Shown here in pieces: positions 21,781-32,297 of a stretch of 64,000 nt of DNA; positions within the stretch are counted from its first letter, which is position 1, and each line of letters opens with the position of its first letter. This DNA is from an uncultured Planctomycetaceae bacterium (lineage in GTDB: Bacteria; Planctomycetota; Planctomycetia; Planctomycetales; Planctomycetaceae): assembly GCA_963815195.1 (NCBI GenBank), contig CAWFGE010000013.1:64001-128000 (forward strand), given 5' to 3'. The position numbers and the translations under genes are program-made. Below the pieces are notes generated by a model. That model searched no databases, was not told where the DNA came from, and was given only the letters and a program-made list of their open reading frames with translations.

Positions 21781-22851
21781 TTATTTTTTCGGCCGATAAC
21801 TCGCCTTGCCCGGGATTTGGGTACGGAGGCTCAAGAGCAGCGTCCCGCAGGTGATGTAGAGGGTTTTCAAATCCGCTCCGCCGAAGGTGCAGTTGGTGAT
21901 CGTGTCCTGGGGCGTGTCGGCGTAGGCCAGCAGCTTGCCTTCCGGCGAGATGACATGAATGCCGGGCTTGGTGTCCAGCGTTTCGCTGGTGCTTCGGCGT
22001 TTGTGAAGGCCGGCGGCGACATACAGGTTGCCGGCTTCATCAATGCACATCCCGTCGCCGCTGCGGCCGGGATAAAAGTCGATCAGCGTCCGGCGGTTGG
22101 AAAGATTGCCGGCGTCATCGAGATCGAAAGCGAGGATGCTGCGGTTGTAGTCGGCGTCAGGGTGGGCCTCGATGAGGGACAGCGTCCTCGAATCCGGCGA
22201 GGTGACGATCCCGTTGGGCATGTGCACGTCGGGCCAATGGAGGAGCTGCGTGAGCGGATACTTGCCGTCGGGACCGGGATCGGGATCGATCCGGTAGACG
22301 GCGTTCACGTTGCCTTTGGCCGGATCGCTGACGCCGGGCCGCGAGGAGAAATAAATCCGCCCCTTGTCGTCCATCGTGAGATCGTTGGGGGCGGCGAGCG
22401 GAAAGCCGTTGTATTTGTCGGCCAGGACCGTAATTTTTCCGGTCTGCCTGTCGGTCCGCGTGACTCGTCCCGCCCCGCCCTCGCACGCCAGAAGATTTCC
22501 GTCCAGATCGAACAAGAGCCCGTTGGTTTGATGGCTGTTTTCGCGAAACAGCGACAGTTCTCTCGCCTGGGGATCCCATTTGAGGATTTTTTCCACAGGC
22601 ACATTGGTGAAATACACGACGCCGTCGCGATCGACCGCCGGGCCTTCCGTGAAGACCTCCTTGTCGTCGATCCGGGTTTCGATGGCGACGATTCCGAGAT
22701 ACTTGCTCGACTGGAGCCCTTGATAACGTTTGCTTTCCGCCGCACGGCCCAATGGCGAACCGCCCAGCATCGCCCCGCTGAAGGCCGCCGCCGAGATCTC
22801 CAAAAACCGCCGGCGATCGAGCGATGTGGCGAAAGGAGAGGAAGGACTCAT
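21781..22851 (-). CDS. SMP-30/gluconolactonase/LRE family protein, Tat-exported
   Basis: RRRFL Tat motif; FTEGP, PNDL, PNGI, GDGMCID and TNCTFGG. Confidence 0.9.
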   Translation of the reverse strand: MSPSSPFATSLDRRRFLEISAAAFSGAMLGGSPLGRAAESKRYQGLQSSKYLGIVAIETRIDDKEVFTEGPAVDRDGVVYFTNVPVEKILKWDPQARELSLFRENSHQTNGLLFDLDGNLLACEGGAGRVTRTDRQTGKITVLADKYNGFPLAAPNDLTMDDKGRIYFSSRPGVSDPAKGNVNAVYRIDPDPGPDGKYPLTQLLHWPDVHMPNGIVTSPDSRTLSLIEAHPDADYNRSILAFDLDDAGNLSNRRTLIDFYPGRSGDGMCIDEAGNLYVAAGLHKRRSTSETLDTKPGIHVISPEGKLLAYADTPQDTITNCTFGGADLKTLYITCGTLLLSLRTQIPGKASYRPKK

Positions 22852-23111
22852 GGAAAACCTCAGAGATAAGGTCTCAAGATTTCGTGGGACCGACATTTTT
22901 GTCTGTCGGCGCGTTCGAGCCGCCCCATCCTAACCCCGGAAACGGCGAAAGTCATTCCTCCGGCGGGTTTTGTTGCCTGGGCGGTCTAATTTCTCCACCT
23001 TCGCATTCCGGGATTCCCCGCAAAGGCGGGTTTGCGTTAGACTGAAAGAAGAGGTCAACGGGCTTCTTTTAGGGGGCGCAGTTGCGCGCCATTCGAGCGA
23101 GACTGTTCAGC

Positions 23112-24881
23112 ATGCCGGGCACCGAGAGCCAAACTTCCGCCGCCGACCCGCCGGAGCAACCGGCTGCGCGGTCCGCGGAACGTTTCCCCACCAGGCGGGG
23201 GGGGCTCTCGCAGGTGCGGCAGTTTATGGAATCCCTGTTGTGCCTGGCGCTGGCGGTGATCGTGTTTCGCACCTTCGAGGTCGAGGGCTATATGATCTCC
23301 ACCGGCTCCATGGCTCCCTCGCTGTTGGGGTTCCAAAAGCGCGTCGTCTGCCCGACGTGCAAATATCCGTTTGCCTTCGGCGTGTCTTATCAATCAGACG
23401 ACGGCGGCACGATTGCCGGCGACGGCGAAGAAGCCGACGCCTTAGACGAACCACGCCAGTTTTGCACCTGCCCGAATTGCGGGCAGCGGGCCATCGAGAT
23501 TTCGCGCGTTCCGCGAAACCAAGGCGACCAATTGCTGGTATTTCGAGAAGCCTACTGGTGGCGATTGCCTCGGCGGTGGGAAGTCGTCGTGTTTCGCAAC
23601 CCCTACGAGACCACGCAGGCTTACGTCAAACGCCTCGCGGGTCTGCCGGGCGAGACGATCGAAATTCGAAACGGGGACGTGTACGCCGACGGCCACCTCT
23701 GCCGGAAGGATTACCGCACCCAGAAAGCCGTGCGGATTCCGGTGTACGATCACGATTACGAACCGACGGACGATCCCGAATGGCATTCCCGCTGGCAGCC
23801 CGACCCCGGCTGGAAACGGGACGGGCACGGATTTTTGACGCGGGGGGAAAGCGTCGTCCCCAAACGGGTCGGGGAAATTGACAAAGCGAACTCGGCGCGG
23901 GCTTCAGCCGAAAGTCCTTGGTCCTGGGTGACTTATGGAAACTATTTTCGGTCGGGCGGCGGGCATGTGACTTCGGTGGACGTGCCGATTATCGAAGACG
24001 GCCTCAAGTGGCCCGCCGATTTGTCGCCGGCGCAGTTCGATCTGAAGACCCGGCGGCTATCGGTGACGGGGGTCATGTCGGCGGAATTGCGGGAGCGGTT
24101 GCTGGCGGTGTCGGGCGATCCAGAATTCCAAAACGCCGTGGAGCAGTTGTCCGAGCGGTCGCATTACTCGCCGGTGATGGATGAATACGGCTACAATCGG
24201 CCCTCGACCTTTTCGGGTCAGAACGCGGTGCGGGACGTGATGATTTCAGCCAAACTGGATATCGACGACAACCAACCCGCCGATCCGCCGCATCGGCAAT
24301 TCGCCATCGACATGACGGACGGTTTGAATACGTTTCGGATGTTGTGGGATTTTCGCGAGCGGGAGATCCGCTTGCTGCGGAATCCGGAACGCTCGCCGAA
24401 TGCGCTTCCCGTGCGGACGGCGGTCTTGCGGCCGGAGTGGGACGCCGAGCCGTGCGACGTGGAGATGTCGTTGATCGATCGGCAGGTGACGGCTGCGGTC
24501 AACGGGGAAGAGATTTTCCCGGCGTGGCCGATTGCCGATCCGCCCGATGCCCGCCCGTCGCCGCGGTATCCGGTGCGGTTTGGAGCCCAGGGCGTCGCAG
24601 CGCGGTTGGGGGCTTTGCAACTGTTTCGCGACGTCTATTATACAAGTGAGGAAGACGCCAAGCCGTTTTTCTTGAAGGACGGCGAAATCTATGTTTTGGG
24701 CGACAACAGCCCGGTTTCGCTGGACAGCCGGCGGTGGGACAACGGGGCGGTTCCGTTGAAACTCCTGTTGGGCAAACCGTTTGTGGTGCATTTGCCTTCG
24801 CGGCAGATGGAAATCCGCATCGGCGAAACCATCCGGCACATCCGCGTTCCCGATTTTTCGCGAGTTCGCTATATTCGCTAG
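23112..24881 (+). CDS. lepB: signal peptidase I with a Zn-ribbon and a large insertion
   Basis: STGSMAPSL (catalytic Ser), YVKRLAGLPGE (catalytic Lys) and GDNSPVSLDSR; CPTC...CPNC. Start uncertain (23082 or 23112). Confidence 0.88.
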   Translation: MPGTESQTSAADPPEQPAARSAERFPTRRGGLSQVRQFMESLLCLALAVIVFRTFEVEGYMISTGSMAPSLLGFQKRVVCPTCKYPFAFGVSYQSDDGGTIAGDGEEADALDEPRQFCTCPNCGQRAIEISRVPRNQGDQLLVFREAYWWRLPRRWEVVVFRNPYETTQAYVKRLAGLPGETIEIRNGDVYADGHLCRKDYRTQKAVRIPVYDHDYEPTDDPEWHSRWQPDPGWKRDGHGFLTRGESVVPKRVGEIDKANSARASAESPWSWVTYGNYFRSGGGHVTSVDVPIIEDGLKWPADLSPAQFDLKTRRLSVTGVMSAELRERLLAVSGDPEFQNAVEQLSERSHYSPVMDEYGYNRPSTFSGQNAVRDVMISAKLDIDDNQPADPPHRQFAIDMTDGLNTFRMLWDFREREIRLLRNPERSPNALPVRTAVLRPEWDAEPCDVEMSLIDRQVTAAVNGEEIFPAWPIADPPDARPSPRYPVRFGAQGVAARLGALQLFRDVYYTSEEDAKPFFLKDGEIYVLGDNSPVSLDSRRWDNGAVPLKLLLGKPFVVHLPSRQMEIRIGETIRHIRVPDFSRVRYIR

Positions 24882-24919
24882 TTTTCAGAATCAACAACAA
24901 ACGACACGGACAGAGAATC

Positions 24920-26953
24920 ATGACCGAATCGCGAAAGCCTTTGGACCGGGCGAAAGAGTTTTTCCGCAATGTGCGGCCGGGAGGGAAGGCGAGCCCGTCG
25001 GCGAAACCCGCCCCCAGGTCCCGGCGGTCCGTGTCGGACAAAGACGCTCCCAAATCGGAAGATTCCAAGACGAAGAAAAGGCACCGCACGCTCAAGTCCG
25101 AAAGCCGGGAGTCGATGGAAGCGGTGGTGGTCGCGTTCATCTTGGCGTTTCTGTTTCGCACCTTTGAAGCCGAGGCCTTCGTGATTCCCACCGGCTCGAT
25201 GGCCCCCACGCTGTTGGGCCGGAACAAGGAAGCCTATTGCCCGCAATGCGGCGAGCACATCGTGGTGGGGGCCAGCGAAGAGATCGACCAGGAAACGGGC
25301 CGGTTGTCCCAGCAGAACGGGCGCGTGGAATCGGCCTTCTGCCCGAATTGCCGGTACGAGGTGCTCATGTTCGATCAGCCCGTGTTCACCGGCGATCGGA
25401 TTCTGGTGACGAAGTTTCCTTATGAAATGGAAGACCCGGACCGGTTCGATGTGATTGTCTTCAAATATCCGCAGGAGCCGCAGACAAATTACATCAAACG
25501 CCTGGTGGGGTTGCCGGGCGAGGAAATCCAAATCCGCCAAGGCGATTTGTATCGGACCGCCGCGAAAGGCGGGCCGCTCAAGATCCTGCACAAAGACCAT
25601 CCCAACAAGCAGCGCGTGCTGCAACTTTTGGTTTACGACAACGATCACGCCGAACGGGGCCTGCACGAGGCCGGCTGGCCGGAGCGGTGGGCCGCGGTCC
25701 GGCAAACCGGGACGGAGGAAACCCGGCCCGGCGCGGTGATTGCGGGCTGGGAAGACGACCCCGCAGGCTGGGTGCTCGACGAGGAAGCCCGCGCGTTCCT
25801 GCTCAGCGGCGATAAAGCGGGCCGCGACTTCAAATGGCTCAGGTATCGGCATATTGTCCCCGCCCCGGACGATTGGGCCGCTTGGGAAGAAGCCAACCAG
25901 CGAAACGTGATGGCCGAGCTTTCCCCGTGGGAACGGCTGCAAATCGTCACCGATTTCTGCGGCTACAACGCCTACAGCGGGACCGCCGGCTCGCACGATC
26001 ATGGGGCGGGCTATTATTGGGTCGGGGATTTGACGCTGAATTGCCAGGTCCACGTCGAAGAAACCGACCAGGGCCAATTGCTCTTGGAACTCAACGAAGG
26101 CCCGCGCCAATACCGCTGCCGATTCGATCTGACGACCGGCGAGGCGGTGCTGTTTTATCCCGACGCCCGCAGCCGGGCTGAAAACGACGTGATCACATTG
26201 GGCAGCGCCCAAACCCCCGTGACGGGGCCGGGGACTTACGAATTGAGCTTCGCCAATGTGGACAACCGGCTGTGCCTTTGGGTGAATGATGAATTGATCG
26301 ACTTCGGTACCGGCGACCAGGGCCGGCCGAACGGGGAATACCAGCCGTTCGGCGGCATCGGGCTTCGGCAGGCTCCGAACGATCGCGATTTGATCCCCGT
26401 GGGCATCGCCGCGAAGGGCGCGGCCGTCGAGGTTTCGCATTTGAAAATCCAACGGGACATTTACTACCGGGCCGAATACATCACCTACAACCCCGAAGTG
26501 GCGATGAATCATCCCGATTATCAAGGGACGAGCCATAACGAGTACCAAGGCTCGCCCGGGGTGCTTTTGGATTTGGTGTCCCGGCCCGCCGAGTGGTACA
26601 AGGAATATTCCAACAACAGCGAGCCGGCCGTCAGCTTTGAGCGGTTGGGGCCGGACGAGTTCTTTGTGCTGGGCGACAACAGCCCCCGCAGCAAGGACAG
26701 CCGATTGTGGACGCCGGAGCGTCCCGGCACCCGGCTCGAACCCCGCATGGCGCCGCGGAGCCACGCGGTTCCCCGCGATGCCCTCGTCGGCAAGGCGTTC
26801 TACATCTACTGGCCGCACGGCAAACCGTTCCTCAACGGCGGCAAAGGCTTTCCGATTACCTATCACGAAAACGGGAAGGGCGAAACCACCGATTACCCGA
26901 GCTTCCGCTTCCCGTTCTACCCCAATTTCAGCCGCATGAGGCGGATTCGATGA
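24920..26953 (+). CDS. lepB: second signal peptidase I with a Zn-ribbon and a large insertion
   Basis: PTGSMAPTL, YIKRLVGLPGE and GDNSPRSKDSR; CPQC...CPNC. Confidence 0.9.
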   Translation: MTESRKPLDRAKEFFRNVRPGGKASPSAKPAPRSRRSVSDKDAPKSEDSKTKKRHRTLKSESRESMEAVVVAFILAFLFRTFEAEAFVIPTGSMAPTLLGRNKEAYCPQCGEHIVVGASEEIDQETGRLSQQNGRVESAFCPNCRYEVLMFDQPVFTGDRILVTKFPYEMEDPDRFDVIVFKYPQEPQTNYIKRLVGLPGEEIQIRQGDLYRTAAKGGPLKILHKDHPNKQRVLQLLVYDNDHAERGLHEAGWPERWAAVRQTGTEETRPGAVIAGWEDDPAGWVLDEEARAFLLSGDKAGRDFKWLRYRHIVPAPDDWAAWEEANQRNVMAELSPWERLQIVTDFCGYNAYSGTAGSHDHGAGYYWVGDLTLNCQVHVEETDQGQLLLELNEGPRQYRCRFDLTTGEAVLFYPDARSRAENDVITLGSAQTPVTGPGTYELSFANVDNRLCLWVNDELIDFGTGDQGRPNGEYQPFGGIGLRQAPNDRDLIPVGIAAKGAAVEVSHLKIQRDIYYRAEYITYNPEVAMNHPDYQGTSHNEYQGSPGVLLDLVSRPAEWYKEYSNNSEPAVSFERLGPDEFFVLGDNSPRSKDSRLWTPERPGTRLEPRMAPRSHAVPRDALVGKAFYIYWPHGKPFLNGGKGFPITYHENGKGETTDYPSFRFPFYPNFSRMRRIR

Positions 26954-26961
26954 CCTTTGCG

Positions 26962-27041
26962 GGGTGGCACGCCCCTGAGGAACGAAGGGCGTGGCGATCG
27001 CGAAGACCACGCCCTTCGCTTCGCTCAGGGGCGTGCCACCC
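26962..27041. repeat. palindromic element (family C)
   Basis: gggtggcacgcccctgag...cgaagggcgtgg / ccacgcccttcg...ctcaggggcgtgccaccc; second copy near 21194. Confidence 0.85.
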
Positions 27042-27090
27042 GGCCGCTGAAAAACCAATAACTGACACCGCGTCAAGGAGGACCTTCGAC

Positions 27091-27894
27091 ATGGCACTTT
27101 TGGAATGCATCGCATTGGTGAAGGATTACCCGGGCAAACGGGCCGTGGACGGGATTGACTTTTACGTCAACGAAGGCGAAATCGTCGGGCTCCTGGGCCC
27201 GAACGGTGCCGGCAAAACGACGAGCTTCCGCATGGCCTGCGGGTTTCTTTCGCCCACCAAGGGCAAAGTGCTCCTCAGCGGGACCGACGTAACGCATTGG
27301 GCGATGTACCGCCGAGCCCGGCACGGCATGGGCTTTCTGCCCCAGGAAGACAGCGTCTTCAAAAAGCTCACCGTCGAGCAAAACCTGTATGCGATTCTCG
27401 AATACCTGAAACTCAACCGCCGGGAGCGGCACGAGGAAGCCGACCGCCTGCTCGAGCAGTTCGGCCTCGAAACCAAACGCCGGCAAACCGCGTCCACTTT
27501 GTCCGGCGGGGAACGCCGGCGGCTGGAAATCGCCCGCTGCCTGGCGAGCAAGCCCTCGCTGATTCTCCTGGATGAACCCTTCACCGGAATCGATCCCGTG
27601 ACGATCAACGCCATCCAAGACATCATCCGCGAGCTGCGGAACGGCGGCATCTCCATTCTGCTCACCGACCACCGCGAACGCGAAACGCTGACAATCACCG
27701 ACCGCAGCTATATCGTCTGTGCCGGCAAAGTCCTCGTCAGCGGCGACGCCCAAACGGTGCTCAACGATCCCGGCGCCCAGCAGATGTATTTCGGAACCCG
27801 CTTCGACGGCGATTCGATCATCAAAGAGAAACAGTCCTTCAGCGTCGACCCCAAATCCCCCAACAAACCCGCCCCCGAACACCGCGCCGCCTGA
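27091..27894 (+). CDS. lptB: LPS export ABC transporter ATP-binding protein
   Basis: AGGAGG RBS; GEIVGLLGPNGAGKTTSF, LSGGERRRLEIAR, LLDEPFTGIDP and LTDH..RETL. Confidence 0.9.
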   Translation: MALLECIALVKDYPGKRAVDGIDFYVNEGEIVGLLGPNGAGKTTSFRMACGFLSPTKGKVLLSGTDVTHWAMYRRARHGMGFLPQEDSVFKKLTVEQNLYAILEYLKLNRRERHEEADRLLEQFGLETKRRQTASTLSGGERRRLEIARCLASKPSLILLDEPFTGIDPVTINAIQDIIRELRNGGISILLTDHRERETLTITDRSYIVCAGKVLVSGDAQTVLNDPGAQQMYFGTRFDGDSIIKEKQSFSVDPKSPNKPAPEHRAA

Positions 27895-28127
27895 CGCCGC
27901 GAGAGTTATGAGCCGCAAAGCGGCTAAAACAGATCAAGATTTTCACCGATCGAATCGTCCCGAATCGAAAGAAGATAATTTTCGTCCCAATCGTCCTTTG
28001 CGTTCCTCGAAACCAGGGGGCTTACGCCCCCCGCTCGCCTTGCCCACTGGAAAGCTTTCTCATCGTGTTCTAAGATCGATAGGCAGGGAAGGGGTTCGAT
28101 TGCTGCTCCAACTTGCGGGAGTGCGTT

Positions 28128-28659
28128 TTGTTTGATGATTACGAACACGAACGGCGGATGCACGATGCCTGGCAGACGGTGCGCATCGAGCGGCCCGTGG
28201 AGTATTCGCTGTTCACGTTCGGCGAAACGGTGATGCCCTATTATCTGGTGCTGGGGGCGAAGCCGCCCGAGGACCTGGTCAAAATCCGCCGGGGCGACGT
28301 GCGGGTCGCGCGGGCCACGATTATCACGCCCGATTCGCTGCAGCCCGAGTTTCGGAACTTCTTTGAAGACGCCGAGTTTGAAAGCCTGATCGATTTCCTC
28401 CTGGCCCGGTCCGCGGCGTTTTCGAACCTGAAAGTCAGCAACAAACACGGCTCCGATCAGATTGTCTCCGACAGCGTCGAAGAGGCGGTCAGCAAGCTGA
28501 ACCGCCAGCTCGACGAGACCGAGGAAGACCGCGTGGCCATCTTCGAGCGCCCCGCCCCACCTCGCGGGCGTCGCGGTGCTGCGTTACACCGCCGAACGCA
28601 TCTGGCAAAGCACGCCCGGCAACGTGCAGGAACTCCGCGAACGCGGCTTTCTGCCGTAG
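28128..28659 (+). CDS. conserved hypothetical protein (frameshift near 28545)
   Basis: Track ORF reads to ...DRVAI; shifting the frame gives LSAPPHLAGVAVLRYTAERIWQSTPGNVQELRERGFLP* ending at 28659. Confidence 0.7.
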
Positions 28660-28680
28660 CGTCCATTTCGAGGGTGGGGC

Positions 28681-29545
28681 ATGTTTGAGCGCGTCAGGCA
28701 ACTTTTGGAACTCATCCGCTTTAGCCATACCGTGTTCGCGCTGCCGTTCGCGCTGTTGTCGGCGGTCTTGGCCTGGCGGGAGGTTCCGTTTCGCGCGGGA
28801 TTTGATTGGCATTTTCCTCTGCATGGTCTGTGCGCGATCGGCGGCGATGGCGTTTAACCGGCTCGTGGACCGCCGGATCGACGCCGAGAACCCCCGCACC
28901 GAAAACCGGCATCTCCCCGCGGGTTCGTTGAGCGCCGGCGCGGTCGCGTTGTTTACGGTGTTGAGTTCGGCCGGGTTCGTGGCTTCCACGTTGCTGTTTT
29001 GGCCCAACCCGTGGCCGCTGCGGTTGTCGCTGCCGGTGTTGGCGTTTTTGTTGGGATACTCCTTCGCCAAACGCTGGACGGTGTGGTGTCACTATTGGCT
29101 CGCGGCGGCACTCATGCTCTCCCCCGTCGCGACCTGGATCGCCCTCGCCGGGACTGTGACCTGGCCGCCGGTGCTGTTGGCGGCGGTGATCTTTTTTTGG
29201 GTGGGCGGGTTCGACATCATCTACGCCTGCCAGGATGCCGAGTTCGATCAACAGCGGGGCCTGTTCAGCGTGCCTGCCCGCTGGGGAATCCCGGCGGCAT
29301 TAAAAATCGCGGCATTCAGTCACTTGTTGACGGTCGCCTGCCTCGTGGGTTTGTGGCTGACGGCGGGTCTCGGCCCGATTTTTCTCGCGGGCATCGCCGG
29401 GGTTTTGGTGCTGCTGGCCTACGAGCACCGCCTCGTCCGCCCCGACGATTTGGGCCGGGTGAACCTCGCGTTCTTTCACGTTAACGCGATCATCAGCGTG
29501 GGCCTGTTTCTCCTGGGCCTCGCCGACGTGCTCCTGCCGCGTTAA
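28681..29545 (+). CDS. UbiA-family prenyltransferase, MqnP-like (frameshift near 28790)
   Basis: ATG 28681 MFERVRQLLELIRFSHTVFALPFA, then ARSAAMAFNRLVDRRIDAENPRT and GFDIIYACQD. Confidence 0.88.
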
Positions 29546-29602
29546 CCAGCGCCAATTCCGTGAAAGTCAACATCAATTGGTGCAAGGCACCGGCGGAGCC
29601 AG

Positions 29603-29833
29603 CTATGTGTCCGGTCGGTCTTCCGACTTCTCGCTCGGCGACTCTCGACGGAGTGCCCATTTGAAGAGCGAGATGGTAATCACCAAGCCCGCAACCGTTA
29701 CGCCGACGCCAGCGAATATCTGAGTCGTGCCGCGCACTCCCTCGTGTGTGCCGAATTCTCGAACGAAGCCCGCGGCGACACCGGCCGTCCAAAGCGCTGC
29801 GACAATCGCGATGATGAGGCGGATGAATTTCAT
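29603..29833 (-). CDS. small 2-TM hypothetical protein
   Basis: MKFIRLIIAIV...; two hydrophobic helices. Confidence 0.6.
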   Translation of the reverse strand: MKFIRLIIAIVAALWTAGVAAGFVREFGTHEGVRGTTQIFAGVGVTVAGLVITISLFKWALRRESPSEKSEDRPDT

Positions 29834-29870
29834 TGGCCCACTCGATTCGGCAGGCACATGCAGGTTGGAG

Positions 29871-32201
29871 CTACGCGGAGGCGACGCGTTGTTGCTCGGG
29901 GTATTTGATGCGGCCGTGGTAGATGCCGATGAGGGATTTGATCAGCGATTCTTCGACGGTGTGGATCTCGCTGAGTTTGAGCGAACACTCGTCGAACTGG
30001 CCGTCCAGGAGTTTTTTCAGCGTGATTTTGTGGACGAGGTTCTCGATGCTCGCGGGGGTCGGTTCGCTGAGCGTCCGGCTGGCGCTTTCCACGGTGTCGG
30101 CGAGCATCAAGACCCCGGCTTCGCGGGTTTGAGGTTTGGGGCCGGGATAGCGGAACAGCGACTCGTCGGCATCGGTGCGGTGATCGGGCTGGCTGTCGGC
30201 CTGCCTTGTGGCGGCGTTGTAGAAATACTCGACGAGCGTGGTGCCGTGGTGCTGCTCGATGAAGTCGATCAACTGCTCGGGCAGGTTGTGCTGCCGGGCC
30301 AGGTCGACGCCGTCTTTCACGTGGCCGATGATAATCAGCGTGCTCATGGCGGGGGCGAGATGCTCGTGCCGGCTCTCGTCGCCTTTCTTGATGTTCTCGA
30401 TGAAATACTGAGGTTTGAGCATCTTGCCGATGTCGTGGAAGTAAGCCCCCACGCGGACCAACAGTCCGTTGGCACCGATGGCGTCCGCCGCGGCTTCGCC
30501 GATGGAGGCCACGGTCATCGAGTGGTTGTAAGTCCCCGGGGCCCGGCGGACGAGTTCCTGGAGGAGCGGGTGCGAGACGTCGCTCATTTCCAGAAGGCTG
30601 ATGTCCGTCACCACGCCGAAGGCGGACTCGATAAACGGCAAACTGCCCGCGACGAGATACCCGGTGACCAGGCACCAGCCCGCGCCGCGGAGGCTCGACA
30701 TGAGCAGCGTCAAATCGCGCCAGGGGTTGGTGTAGGCCTGGTTTTCGATAATTCCCTGGCCGTAGGACACGAGAAAAAAGACCAGGCTGCTCCAGAAGCC
30801 GATCTTGATAATCGTGGACCGCGAGGGAATCTGCGTGAGCGTGAGGATGGACGTGGCGGAGACGCTCATCAAGACGACAAACTGTCCGAGGTCGGCCCGC
30901 GTGGACAGCGTGATCACCAAGCACAATGACAAGGCCATCAGCGTGGCGATAATCTGGTTGTAGGCGATGGCGAAGATCATCGCGACGGCGGTGATCGGAA
31001 TGACCTCGGCCCGCCAGGGATCGAAGGAAATCCAGCGCCCCAAGGCGGTCGCGGCCACAATGACCGCGAGAAACACCGCCAGCCGCCGGACGCTGGAGGC
31101 GATCTGGGGCTGGTTTCGCACGATGTAAAACCCGTTCAAACTCACCAGCACCACGAGCATGGCCGCCACGGTGCCAAACCGCAGGATTCGCTGCCCGGGC
31201 GTGGCCATCGTGCGCATGTGGTCGTATTCGGCCAAGAGCACGCCGAGCCGTTCTTCGTCGATTTGCTTGCCCGGCTCCACGAGCGGGTCTTTTTTGTGGT
31301 ATTCGTCGTATTGCTCCTTGGTGGCTTCGCGGGCCATCCGCTTGGCGAGCCGGGTGCGGTCTTCGTCGTACCGCAGGGTGACCGGCGTTTTCATGAGCAG
31401 CCAGCGCTTGAGGTACTTTTTCAAAGGGGCCAGTTCGGGGAAGTCGCGAAACTCCGTCGCGAGCCGGCCGGTGTCTTTGAGCAGTTCCCCGATCAAAACA
31501 TCTTCCGGATAGGCGACGTTCCAGGAGGCGGGGTCGTCTTTGCGGACAATGGTGATTTTGGTCTCGGACTTGATGCCTTGGTCCACCAGATCCGCCGGGT
31601 CTGCCACGCCGTATGCCCGGAGCGGTTCAATGAACCGCTGAAACTCCTGGACCAGCACATCGATGCGGTTGCCGTCCACGCCGTCTTCTTTGGAGACAAG
31701 CGCTTTGAGCGTATTGAACTGGGTGTGCATGTCCGCTTGCGGGGAATCGCTGGTTTGCGGGCTTTCCGGGACCTGGAGACCGAACACCGCCCGGGTCTGC
31801 GCGGGGACTTCGTCGACCGTTTTGGCCTGGGCGATGTCGGCGAGACTGCTGCGGAGGAGTGGAGCCAGGGCGTCCAGTTCTTTCGGGTCGTTCACGAAGA
31901 TGGGATTGACCATCTTCTCGGCTTCGACCCGGGCCAAATCCGTCTTGAAGCGGTTGGGGTGTTTGAAATCGACTTGGGCGAGGATGCCGTGATCGGCCCG
32001 GTCGGTGAGCCGGTAGGTAAACGGAGCCTGCCAGGCTTGAACGGCGAGAAGAATCAGCAAAATCGCCAGCGCGCACAGGCCCAGCCGCAACAGCGTTTCG
32101 CGGTTTCGGAACGTCAAATGAAACCAGCGCATGGCCTTCGAGGCCGGCCTCAATGTGGCCGCTCGGGCTGTTCGCGTTTTTTTGGGGGCGAACAACGGCA
32201 T
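29871..32201 (-). CDS. 7TM-HD (HDIG) phosphohydrolase, PgpH-like
   Basis: Extracellular domain, 7 TM segments, APGTYNHS, FHDIGK, HHGT, YPGPKP and LADTVE. Confidence 0.92.
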   Translation of the reverse strand: MPLFAPKKTRTARAATLRPASKAMRWFHLTFRNRETLLRLGLCALAILLILLAVQAWQAPFTYRLTDRADHGILAQVDFKHPNRFKTDLARVEAEKMVNPIFVNDPKELDALAPLLRSSLADIAQAKTVDEVPAQTRAVFGLQVPESPQTSDSPQADMHTQFNTLKALVSKEDGVDGNRIDVLVQEFQRFIEPLRAYGVADPADLVDQGIKSETKITIVRKDDPASWNVAYPEDVLIGELLKDTGRLATEFRDFPELAPLKKYLKRWLLMKTPVTLRYDEDRTRLAKRMAREATKEQYDEYHKKDPLVEPGKQIDEERLGVLLAEYDHMRTMATPGQRILRFGTVAAMLVVLVSLNGFYIVRNQPQIASSVRRLAVFLAVIVAATALGRWISFDPWRAEVIPITAVAMIFAIAYNQIIATLMALSLCLVITLSTRADLGQFVVLMSVSATSILTLTQIPSRSTIIKIGFWSSLVFFLVSYGQGIIENQAYTNPWRDLTLLMSSLRGAGWCLVTGYLVAGSLPFIESAFGVVTDISLLEMSDVSHPLLQELVRRAPGTYNHSMTVASIGEAAADAIGANGLLVRVGAYFHDIGKMLKPQYFIENIKKGDESRHEHLAPAMSTLIIIGHVKDGVDLARQHNLPEQLIDFIEQHHGTTLVEYFYNAATRQADSQPDHRTDADESLFRYPGPKPQTREAGVLMLADTVESASRTLSEPTPASIENLVHKITLKKLLDGQFDECSLKLSEIHTVEESLIKSLIGIYHGRIKYPEQQRVASA

Positions 32202-32297
32202 AATCCGCCTCAAAACCTGAGGCCCAGGACTCCCATTCCGAGAACTTTTAACATTCAGCGAAACCAGAGGGCTCACGCCCCCGGCTCGCCTTGGAAT

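Noticed and set aside
24878..27115. Long antisense ORFs (this one, 1579-3405, 35801-37690, 52279-54216 and others)
   Set aside because: These are expected shadows of GC-rich coding genes and show no recognisable motifs.
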